A DNA stretch of 51,027 bases. Source: Terriglobia bacterium. Lineage in GTDB: Bacteria; Acidobacteriota; Terriglobia; Bryobacterales; JACQDG01. Where the stretch lies: positions 1 through 51,027 of the forward strand of contig JBGOUJ010000001.1 in the NCBI GenBank assembly GCA_041477005.1, read 5' to 3'. This document shows, one piece after another, positions 1 to 7,488 of this stretch. The translations under genes were made by a program, and so were the position numbers. The notes beneath the pieces are model-generated. The model saw only the letters and a list, made by a program, of their open reading frames with translations, was not told the origin of the DNA and did no database searches. Numbering within the stretch: position 1 is the first letter of the stretch; every line of letters begins with the position of its first letter.

Positions 1-486
1 CATGAGCTTCTTGAGGATGTCGAACACCACCTTAAACCGCTGGTCGTACCTCCTCTCCATCGCGGTGAGCCATTCGGCGAGTTCCTTGTGCGTCGCGAGG
101 ATCTGGCGGAGCCGCACGAAAGTGCGCATGATGGCGATGTTAACGGCGATCGCGCGTTTGCTCTTGAGGACACTGGAGAGCATCGCGACGCCCTGCTCGG
201 TAAAAGCATAGGGGCTTCTGCGGAGGCCCATCTTTGCCGCCGGATTGGACATCACAATTTGTGATCTCCAATTTTCGAGCTCCGCTTTGTTCAGTTGGAA
301 CATAAAATCTTCGGGGAAGCGATCGAGGTTCCGGCGCACCGCCTGGTTCAAGCCGCTGGTCGGCACCTGGTAGAGCGAGGCCAGGTCTGCATCGAGCATT
401 ACCTTGTGCCCGCGGATGAGGAGGGTGTGCCGCTCAATGATTTCAACGGGCAGAAGATCTTGGCTCGTCGCCTTCTTCTTGCGCAT
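1..486 (-). CDS. ORF6N (KilA-N-related DNA-binding) domain protein; C-terminus lies outside the window
   Basis: Reverse frame is open from ATG 486 to position 1 (162 codons). It is absent from the ORF track because it has no stop in the window. Sequence: MRKKKATSQDLLPVEIIERHTLLIRGHKVMLDADLASLYQVPTSGLNQAVRRNLDRFPEDFMFQLNKAELENW... I recognise this as the ORF6N domain of phage/mobile-element antirepressor-like proteins. Confidence 0.8.
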   Translation of the reverse strand, partial: MRKKKATSQDLLPVEIIERHTLLIRGHKVMLDADLASLYQVPTSGLNQAVRRNLDRFPEDFMFQLNKAELENWRSQIVMSNPAAKMGLRRSPYAFTEQGVAMLSSVLKSKRAIAVNIAIMRTFVRLRQILATHKELAEWLTAMERRYDQRFKVVFDILKKLM

Positions 487-495
487 GCATGGTTT

Positions 496-524
496 ATTTT
501 AGGGGTAAGGCTTTTCGGTGTCAA
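496..524 (-). promoter_or_regulatory. sigma70-type promoter of the ORF6N gene (TTGACA-N17-TAAAAT), near-leaderless
   Basis: Reverse strand reads caTTGACAccgaaaagccttaccccTAAAATaaaccATGcATGcgc. The -35 is 524..519, the spacer is 17 nt, the -10 is 501..496, and ATG codons sit at 490 and 486. No Shine-Dalgarno fits in the 5-9 nt gap. Confidence 0.55.
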
Positions 525-551
525 TGCGCCCGACCGCCTTCGGCTCCATGA

Positions 552-788
552 GGAGGGCGGCAAGCGCCGCGAAATGCCGGCGCGGGCCTTCTTAAGAGTA
601 CCGACGCGGGCGCATCCTGGACGCCGATCAATAACGGCATCGGCCCGGCATTCGACGGAAAGTTGTACGCGTACCACATTTGGATTGATCCGAATCAACC
701 TTCCGTGGTGTTCGCCTCAACGTATCCGGGGCTTGCCCGCAGCAGTGATGGCGGCGCGAGCTGACAGTATCCAGGGCTTAGTCCGCCG
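552..788 (+). pseudogene. 5' remnant of the downstream BNR/SBBP repeat gene: same frame, interrupted by TGA 762-764, no start codon or signal peptide
   Basis: The frame is open from 552 and reads ...NAGAGLLKSTDAGASWTPINNGIGPAFDGKLYAYHIWIDPNQPSVVFASTYPGLARSSDGGAS*QYPGLSPPL, i.e. two Asp-box (SxDxGxxW) units. The TGA sits exactly where the second Asp-box needs Trp. The frame then runs straight into ORF 789..3101. Confidence 0.6.
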
Positions 789-3101
789 TTGACCCCGGTC
801 GATCTCGCTTTCGATCCATTTTCGCCCGGCACGATCTACGCGCCCACCCAAACCAATCCTCAGAAGAGCACGGACGACGGCCAGACTTGGGCGCCTCTGA
901 CCCCGCTGCCAACCATGTATTACCAACCGCAGCAGATCATCCCCGACCCCAGGCATCGCGGCACGTTGTATGTCAGCTCGTTCTCCGGACTGTTTAAGAG
1001 CACGGATGGCGGCGCGACCTGGACGAACCAGATCTCGCAATCGGGCGGGCCGATGGCGTTGGATACCGCGACCGGGGCGATCTACGCGGCGATCGGTGGT
1101 TATCACGTGGTGAGGAGCGCCGATGGCTTCGATACGGTTACGCCCGTCGGACCGCCTGCTGTTGCGGGAATCAGCCGGCTCCTGGCGGCCGGCTCTCGGG
1201 TGTTTGTGGGGGCGCAAACAGGATCGGATGTGTTTGTGGTCAAGCGCGACGCGCAGGGAAATGTCGTCTATTCCACGTACTTTGGCGGCAGCGCGTCCGA
1301 ACTGGCCCGCTCGCTCGCCGTCGATTCCGCGGGCAGCGTCTACGTCACTGGGACCACGAATTCTCTCGACTTTCCCGTTTCGCCGGGCGCGTACTCCCAA
1401 GGGTTGGCGCCTGGACCCAACCAGAGCGGGCCTTATTCGAGCTTCTTGTTTAAGCTGAACCCGGATGGCTCTCTCGCCTACTCCACCTACTTCGTCGACA
1501 ACCGCTCCACCCCGTATACCGTAGCCGCCGATGGAAACGGCAACGCGTACATCGCCGGTACTACATTTGGTGGACTGCCCGTAACGCCGGGCGCTTACCA
1601 GGCGACGTTCGTCGGCAGTTATCCCAGGCCGGGCGGGATCGGCCCGGGGCCTCCGCTACCAACCAATGGATTCCTGACGAAATTCAATGCCAGCGGTTCC
1701 GCGCTGGTCTTTTCCACCTACATCGGCTCCCAGCAGGAATCCGTCAACGCCATCGCGGTGGATCCGAGGGGCAGCGCCTATCTCGCCGGCATGGGTAAGC
1801 TCTACCGCCTGAGTGCGGACGGTTCCTCCCTGCTGAGTTCGACATCGCTGCCGGGCGCGCTGTCGGCAATTGTCTTGGATCAGCAAGGAGACCTGTACGT
1901 AGCCGGCGGAACGAATTCGTTCGGCATGTTTCCAGTGACGGCCGGCGCGTTCCAGACGGCTCCTCCGAGCGTTCCTGGACTGCCCGGGCAGTTGGGGGGT
2001 GCAGGCGCGGGCGACGCGTTTGTCACCAAGCTGGACGGCAGTTTGAAAACAATCCTGGCGTCGACTCTGATCGGCGGCGAGTCGACGGATTTCGCCGAGG
2101 CCGTGAGCATCGATGCAAGCGGAAACATCATCGTCGGCGGATTTACGGATTCCAAATCGTTTCCGTTGCTCCGTCCGGCCCAGGGTTCGTTCGCGCAACG
2201 AACCGGCTTCATCGCAGGACTGACACCCGATCTCTCCGGCCTGCTCTTTTCGACCAACTCGGGCGACACGCGTTCCTTCGTGATTCGCGCAGTCGTTCCT
2301 GAACCCGACGGCAGCATATCGTTTGCAGGCGACACGGTGCCCTCGAATTCCGGCATTGCGCCGGCGAGTCCCGTTGAAAGCGTGAAAGCGTTCGCGGCGA
2401 ACTTCGTTCCCGGCGCTACGCAATTGCCGCGCGTCGACACGGTGGTCAATGCCGCGAGCCAGCTTGGCGTGCCGTTATCGCCCGGCGAAACCATTCAAGT
2501 GCGTGGTGATGGGTTCGCCGCGGATGCCGGCGTGTTCCTGGGCGACCAGCAGATCACGGCACTCTCGATCGACCCCCACGCGATTACGGCGACTGTACCC
2601 GCGGACTTCAGTGCACCGGGCGCAACAACCGTGAAAGTGATCTCCGGCGGTGTTGCCTCCAACGGCGTTCTGGCCCCTGTGACGGCCGCATCGCCTGGAG
2701 TGTTCTCTGTGGATGGGACCGGGTTCGGCCAGGGCTACATCTTGAACGCGGACGGCACGCGGAACTCGCCCGACAACCCTGCCGCGGAGAGCTCCCGGAT
2801 TACGATCTTCGCGACCGGGGTCGGGCAACTGAGCCTGGTGGGACCGTACGCCGTGACCGCCGCCCCGGTGAACGTTTTCATTGATGGCTTCTACACGCTC
2901 GGCGTCGCCGCCATCACCGGCCCCGTGCCGGGCCTGCCGGGCGACGTATACCAGATCACGATATACGTGCCGCACCCGGCCGACCACGCCGACAGCAATC
3001 CGAACCTGAAAGATTTCAAGATGCCGCCTCAGGTAGCGGTCACGCTGGAAGTGAACGGGGCAAAGAGCCAAGCGGGGCTGGCGTTGGCGGTGAAGCAGTA
3101 A
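789..3101 (+). CDS. secreted-type repeat protein (BNR/Asp-box + SBBP beta-propeller repeats, IPT/TIG-like region, TIGR03437 Solibacter-type C-terminal domain); 5' end apparently damaged
   Basis: 770-aa ORF with a TTG start. Asp-boxes STDDGQTW and STDGGATW. Repeated units of the type VYSTYFGGS...DSAGSVYVTGTTNSLDFPVSPGAY (SBBP-like). The C-terminus ASPGVFSVDGTGFGQGYILNADGTRNSPDNPA...PGLPGDVYQITIYVP matches my memory of TIGR03437. No signal peptide at the annotated start. Confidence 0.8.
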   Translation: MTPVDLAFDPFSPGTIYAPTQTNPQKSTDDGQTWAPLTPLPTMYYQPQQIIPDPRHRGTLYVSSFSGLFKSTDGGATWTNQISQSGGPMALDTATGAIYAAIGGYHVVRSADGFDTVTPVGPPAVAGISRLLAAGSRVFVGAQTGSDVFVVKRDAQGNVVYSTYFGGSASELARSLAVDSAGSVYVTGTTNSLDFPVSPGAYSQGLAPGPNQSGPYSSFLFKLNPDGSLAYSTYFVDNRSTPYTVAADGNGNAYIAGTTFGGLPVTPGAYQATFVGSYPRPGGIGPGPPLPTNGFLTKFNASGSALVFSTYIGSQQESVNAIAVDPRGSAYLAGMGKLYRLSADGSSLLSSTSLPGALSAIVLDQQGDLYVAGGTNSFGMFPVTAGAFQTAPPSVPGLPGQLGGAGAGDAFVTKLDGSLKTILASTLIGGESTDFAEAVSIDASGNIIVGGFTDSKSFPLLRPAQGSFAQRTGFIAGLTPDLSGLLFSTNSGDTRSFVIRAVVPEPDGSISFAGDTVPSNSGIAPASPVESVKAFAANFVPGATQLPRVDTVVNAASQLGVPLSPGETIQVRGDGFAADAGVFLGDQQITALSIDPHAITATVPADFSAPGATTVKVISGGVASNGVLAPVTAASPGVFSVDGTGFGQGYILNADGTRNSPDNPAAESSRITIFATGVGQLSLVGPYAVTAAPVNVFIDGFYTLGVAAITGPVPGLPGDVYQITIYVPHPADHADSNPNLKDFKMPPQVAVTLEVNGAKSQAGLALAVKQ

Positions 3102-3138
3102 ACTCTATCTCACCTCGCGGACAAACGATGGCCCTGCA

Positions 3139-4932
3139 TCACACGCCCCGAATCGTTATAACTTTTCGGAACGGCGTGAAGCCGGTAATATAGACACACG
3201 TGCCGACCGCTCTCAGGGTTGCCCCATGAGCAGCGTAGGAATGCCCGGACAGATTCAAGAACTGATGTTCTGCCTGCCCTGGACCGAACTCGATGGTGTC
3301 GTCGCCAACGCGGTATCTCCCGGCGCCCTCCTTTAGAAGGAAGGCCTTGTTTCCGTCCCTTGCCGGCAGTTCCTGAAGAGAGCCTCCCCACTCGCCTCCG
3401 GGCCGGAACGCCAGCTCGATCAGGTAAGGAACGCGCTCATGGCCCGTTATTTCGAACTGCAACTCGAACGCGCCCTGTTGCTCCCTCACAGTGACTTTCT
3501 GATCCAGGGTCTGGATATTGCTCATCTGCCGTCGCGGGAAATCCAACTTGCTCCAAAACCGACCATCTTTCGCTGGAGTGAGCGCATAGTCACCTCGCCG
3601 GTTTCGCAAGTTCTTCGGCAGGGGCTGGTAATAGGGAGCATCGAGGCGCTGGTGAAGAGAATACCGATTCCCGTCTGCTTTCAGTCCCTCGCTTCGAAAC
3701 GCACCCAGACTGAAGAACTGGCCCCCCATGCGCACCGACTCCAGAACTGCTCGGCCTTTGCGGAAGGTAAAGAAAGTCGGATTGCTGGCAAGGCCCGACG
3801 CCACACCCAGGGGCCAGTCGGAGCCGCCGTACACGGTGGCGCTGGTGTCGCCTCTCCGGATGCGGGCTAAACTGCTGTTCGAAAACACCCTGGCGTAGTC
3901 GGAAGGAATCGCTCCGCCAGCCGGAAGGGGCTTCTTCAGCAGAGGCTCCTCCATGAAATGAATGACCGGGTTCGCGCCTTCGATGAGCCCTTCTCCCCGC
4001 TTTCCTTCAATCAGGTTTACGACGGCAGCATAGGCTGGATTGTTATCACGGATGGCCAGATAGCGATATTGCAGGTAGAAGTTCGATATCGAAATGGGCC
4101 TGTTCTGATCCTGCCGCCGGGATTCGACCGTTTCTATCTCCCCGTCCGGGTGGAGATAGTGAAGAGTTAGGTCGAGATTCCTGCGCGCCGGCTCGAGAAG
4201 CTCGGGGCGGCTCAGCAGCCGCGCCATCGTGACAAACGCGTTCACCGTGACGCGCGAGTAGTTCGGGCTCCGCTCCGCGAACTGGCCGTCGGAATCGATA
4301 TCGATGCCTTCCCCCAGCCAGTCGTCGATGCGGTCGACGTACTTGGCTGCCGGAAAAAGGAAATTGATGCGGGCGAGGGCGGAGCAGACGACCCAGCGAT
4401 GATTCGGGGTGTGGATGCCGCCTGTAACCAGAGCCTCGCCGGCAGCCAGGAGAAACTTATCCAGCGTCTCTTTCGTTTGCGTAAGGCGCGGGTCGTCCAT
4501 CTGTCGCAGCACGGCCAGAGCCGTGGCAAGACCTTCGACGACAAAGCCGGTATCGGGCGGGGATGCAAGATTGCCCGCATCCAGGGTGCCGTCGGGATTC
4601 TGTGCGGCCACGAACGCGCGGGCGGCGCCCTCCATGAGCGGAATCAGACTTTCCGCCTTGTGATAGGACGACTCCGGGGCGCAATACGCCGCCACCAGCG
4701 TTGCCAGGTTGGCGCCTCTCCCCACCGGCCTCATGGAGCGACCCTGCGGCGCGGTCCGGCCTTCTTGGATCATTCGTGGGATCGATTCGTTGCTGCTCTT
4801 CAAAAGGCGCAGGAAAAACCCTTGCCCTTCATCAGCCGCGCCCGTGGCCTGAGCGGCCAAGGAATTCGCGCGGGCCGAAGCCGCAAACGCAGCGACTGCT
4901 TTTCCGATCGCACTTCGTCGAGTGATGTTCAT
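3139..4932 (-). CDS. Tat-signal exported protein of unknown function (possibly heparinase II/III-like polysaccharide lyase fold)
   Basis: 597-aa ORF. The N-terminus MNITRRSAIGKAVAAFAASARANSLAAQ is a twin-arginine signal. The internal GGIHTPNHRWVVCSAL motif and overall size recall alpha/alpha-toroid lyases. The fold assignment is tentative. Confidence 0.7.
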   Translation of the reverse strand: MNITRRSAIGKAVAAFAASARANSLAAQATGAADEGQGFFLRLLKSSNESIPRMIQEGRTAPQGRSMRPVGRGANLATLVAAYCAPESSYHKAESLIPLMEGAARAFVAAQNPDGTLDAGNLASPPDTGFVVEGLATALAVLRQMDDPRLTQTKETLDKFLLAAGEALVTGGIHTPNHRWVVCSALARINFLFPAAKYVDRIDDWLGEGIDIDSDGQFAERSPNYSRVTVNAFVTMARLLSRPELLEPARRNLDLTLHYLHPDGEIETVESRRQDQNRPISISNFYLQYRYLAIRDNNPAYAAVVNLIEGKRGEGLIEGANPVIHFMEEPLLKKPLPAGGAIPSDYARVFSNSSLARIRRGDTSATVYGGSDWPLGVASGLASNPTFFTFRKGRAVLESVRMGGQFFSLGAFRSEGLKADGNRYSLHQRLDAPYYQPLPKNLRNRRGDYALTPAKDGRFWSKLDFPRRQMSNIQTLDQKVTVREQQGAFELQFEITGHERVPYLIELAFRPGGEWGGSLQELPARDGNKAFLLKEGAGRYRVGDDTIEFGPGQAEHQFLNLSGHSYAAHGATLRAVGTCVYITGFTPFRKVITIRGV

Positions 4933-4941
4933 GGTCTGTCC

Positions 4942-5895
4942 TCACAACTTCATCTTCAAAGCTCCAACCATGTAGTCCCGCATGGCCTCATTGGAGCCCC
5001 CTCCTTCACCCATCACGTGGCCGGTGAATTTGGTCTCCCGGAGGAACTGAATGACCGCCGGCATATCCACGACACCCTGTCCGAAGGGAACCATCCGGCC
5101 GCGCAGACGCCGGCCGTTTCTTTCGTACTCGGCATCCGGGCTGTAGTCCTTCAGGTGCGTGCTGATCATGCGGGAACGGTACTTCTTGTATACCAGCAAG
5201 GGGTCCAGGCCGCAGGCCGCGATGTGGCCGACATCCGGCACAAAGTCGAAGTAGCGGGGGTTGGTGATCTCGAGGATTGGCTCGTGGATGCCGGCGCGTA
5301 TGTCACCCTGCTCGGGATGATAGCCAATCCGGATGCCGGTTTCCTCACGCAGCCGCCGGGAAACCTCGTTAGCATTTTCCCCGTAGGCCTTGACGTCGAT
5401 CCGCCGGTACTCATCGTCTTCCCCGTTGGCCAGCCGGGCTCCGGGGGCGACCAGTTGGGTGATGTAGCGCCCGCCGACGGCCTTCAGAAAACGGGCGGCG
5501 CGCAGGTGCTGCTCGATCAGCTCCTGGCGCCGGCTGCGGTCGTGCATGTGGGAGTAGACCGCAAGGCCGAGGAGTGTGAGGTGGCGCTTGGCCATCTCGT
5601 CGCGGAACTGCGAGATGCGGGTGTCCCAGGCGTCCACGAGGCGGCGGTTGGTGGTGTTGAACTCCAGGTAATGGACGCCCAATTGGGAGCACTCGTCGCA
5701 GACGCGCCAGAGGGCATCGTCCAGCGCCGGACCCGGCGTCGGCGGTTGCGGCGGGCGACCCGCGCCTCCTCGCGCACCGCCCGCGGGGCCAGAAGGAGCG
5801 AGTCCCGCGAAGAACATTTGCTCACCCGGCGACTGCGCCCGAACCACTCCGGTGGACGCGGCCAGCGCGGCATTCAGAAATTCTCGTCGGTTCAT
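4942..5895 (-). CDS. sugar phosphate isomerase/epimerase (xylose isomerase-like TIM barrel) with Tat signal
   Basis: 317-aa ORF. MNRREFLNAALAASTGVVRAQ is a Tat signal. The body (LGVHYLEFN..., HLKDY...GRMVPFGQGVVD) is typical of the AP endonuclease 2/xylose isomerase-like TIM family. Confidence 0.85.
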   Translation of the reverse strand: MNRREFLNAALAASTGVVRAQSPGEQMFFAGLAPSGPAGGARGGAGRPPQPPTPGPALDDALWRVCDECSQLGVHYLEFNTTNRRLVDAWDTRISQFRDEMAKRHLTLLGLAVYSHMHDRSRRQELIEQHLRAARFLKAVGGRYITQLVAPGARLANGEDDEYRRIDVKAYGENANEVSRRLREETGIRIGYHPEQGDIRAGIHEPILEITNPRYFDFVPDVGHIAACGLDPLLVYKKYRSRMISTHLKDYSPDAEYERNGRRLRGRMVPFGQGVVDMPAVIQFLRETKFTGHVMGEGGGSNEAMRDYMVGALKMKL

Positions 5896-5939
5896 CGTTG
5901 CTTGCCTCCATGCGGTTCCTCGCGGTCCCGCCGCCTAGC

Positions 5940-5968
5940 TTGACATTGCTCCTCGGACGCGATAATCA
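5940..5968 (+). promoter_or_regulatory. candidate sigma70 promoter for the Gfo/Idh/MocA gene
   Basis: Perfect TTGACA at 5940-5945, then GATAAT at 5961-5966 (15-nt spacer) or TAATCA at 5963-5968 (17-nt spacer). It lies about 85 nt upstream of ATG 6052. Confidence 0.4.
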
Positions 5969-6051
5969 ATGGGAGATTTCTATGTCCGTGCCGAGTGGCT
6001 TCGAAAATTCTACCATCGGTGCGAGTCGGGCAAAAAAGGAGCCAACGGGCC

Positions 6052-7329
6052 ATGTCTGAGATCTCTCGGCGAAAACTCCTGCATACGGGCGCGGCTGCGA
6101 TGACCGCCGCTTCGTATTCCCGAATTCTCGGCGCCAACGACGTTGTTCAACTCGGCGTGATCGGCTGCGGAGGGCGCGGCCGGGGCGTGATGCGGACGTT
6201 CCTCTCTACCAAACAGGTTCTCGTAACCGGTCTCTGCGACGTCTGGGGCGACCGCGTGGCCGCCGCCAGGCAGCAGGCCGCCGACGCGGCCGGCTATTCC
6301 GACCACCGCAAGCTGCTGGAAATGCGGAACCTGGACGCCGTGCTGATCGCCACGCCGGACCACTGGCACGCTCGCATCTCGATCGACGCCGCGAGCGCCG
6401 GCAAGGACGTCTACTGCGAGAAACCGCTGACACTCACGATCGGGGAAGGGCCGGCGATCATCAGGGCGGTCCGCGTGAATGATAGGATTTTGCAAGTAGG
6501 CATGCAGCAGCGGTCGGGTGCGCATTACATCAAAGCCAGAGACGAATACATCGAGAAGGGGCGGCTCGGGAAGATCACGCTGGTGCGAACCTGGTGGCAC
6601 GGAAGCTACTATTCATTTGTGCGGCTGGTGCCGCCCGAACTAAAGACCCGGCCGGCCAATCTCGATTGGAAGCGGTTCGTCGAGCCGGTCGCGTGGCGCG
6701 ACTACGATCCATATCAATACTACACATTCCGGGCGTTCCTCGACTACGGCGGGGGCCCGATCACGGACCTGTTCTGCCATTGGCTGGATGTGGCGCACAT
6801 GTTCCTGGGCGAAGATCGTCCCCTGACCGCGTCGGCTGTGGGCGGCATTTGTATCTACGATAAGGAAGGGAGCGGCCGCACGGCGCCGGACACGATCTCG
6901 GTGCAGTTACAGTATCCCGCGAATTGGATGATGACCTTCGAGTCGCAGCTCCTGCCGAATGTGGACGACGGAGGGCTCGAATTTTGCGGTACCGAGGGCA
7001 GGTTGTACATCACGCGGCAGGGCTTCGAGTTTACGCCTTACGAGCGAAGGCAGCCTGCCGGATCCGGAGGCGGACGGGGAGGCCCTGGACGCCAGCTCCC
7101 GATCCGTCCTCCGGTGACGAACGCGCAGACCGAAACGGTCAGAGCAGAGGGCGACCTGACTCTGGCACACGTGCAGAACTTCCTCGATTGCATGCGAAGC
7201 CGGAAACTGCCGAATGCGGACGTTGTGATTGGACATCGCTCGGCCCAGGCCTGCCATCTGGCCACGATGTCGTACAAGGAGAAGCGACAGATCAAGTTCG
7301 ATCCGGTCCGCGAGGAGATCCTTTCCTAA
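6052..7329 (+). CDS. Gfo/Idh/MocA family oxidoreductase with Tat signal
   Basis: ATG 6052 is preceded by AAGGAG (6035-6040). MSEISRRKLLHTGAAAMTAASYSRILGAND is a Tat signal, followed by the Rossmann motif VQLGVIGCGGRGRGV and the EKP motif (VYCEKPLT). Confidence 0.9.
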   Translation: MSEISRRKLLHTGAAAMTAASYSRILGANDVVQLGVIGCGGRGRGVMRTFLSTKQVLVTGLCDVWGDRVAAARQQAADAAGYSDHRKLLEMRNLDAVLIATPDHWHARISIDAASAGKDVYCEKPLTLTIGEGPAIIRAVRVNDRILQVGMQQRSGAHYIKARDEYIEKGRLGKITLVRTWWHGSYYSFVRLVPPELKTRPANLDWKRFVEPVAWRDYDPYQYYTFRAFLDYGGGPITDLFCHWLDVAHMFLGEDRPLTASAVGGICIYDKEGSGRTAPDTISVQLQYPANWMMTFESQLLPNVDDGGLEFCGTEGRLYITRQGFEFTPYERRQPAGSGGGRGGPGRQLPIRPPVTNAQTETVRAEGDLTLAHVQNFLDCMRSRKLPNADVVIGHRSAQACHLATMSYKEKRQIKFDPVREEILS

Positions 7330-7412
7330 GAGTCGGGAGCTTGTTGCATGTTGGGGTTGGATCCGATGTGCCGCCGTTCCCACAACCGCTTGTAAACGAT
7401 CGCTCGCCAGCA

Positions 7413-7442
7413 TTGACACAGTCCTCGAGGGTCGACTAAGAT
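7413..7442 (+). promoter_or_regulatory. candidate sigma70 promoter (TTGACA-N18-TAAGAT) for TonB-dependent receptor 1
   Basis: TTGACA at 7413-7418 and TAAGAT at 7437-7442. The -10 overlaps the ATG at 7441, which argues for the downstream ATG 7489 as the true start. Confidence 0.45.
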
Positions 7443-7488
7443 GATCCCCAAGACAGGCGTACGAGCCAGTCTGGCAGAAGGGGGCCTT

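Noticed and set aside
762-764. In-frame TGA read as selenocysteine or as Trp (genetic code 4)
   Set aside because: All other genes in the window use TGA as a stop, and the genome is high-G+C, unlike code-4 lineages. The position corresponds to Trp rather than Cys/Sec in the Asp-box, and I saw no SECIS-like hairpin directly downstream. A TGG>TGA nonsense change or a sequencing error is simpler.
4399-5943. 514-aa plus-strand ORF spanning two reverse-strand genes
   Set aside because: It runs antisense across both the Tat-exported 597-aa protein and the TIM-barrel isomerase, which have clear signals and family motifs. Its sequence is low-complexity.
7441-7488. Upstream starts proposed by the ORF track (7441 for the TonB receptor, 16548 for the TPR gene, 32595 for rplY, 47519 for the TPR gene, 5995 for the oxidoreductase)
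   Set aside because: Each extension lies in a promoter -10 box, inside a repeat hairpin or terminator, or overlaps the preceding gene. Downstream starts give proper signal peptides or RBS spacing.
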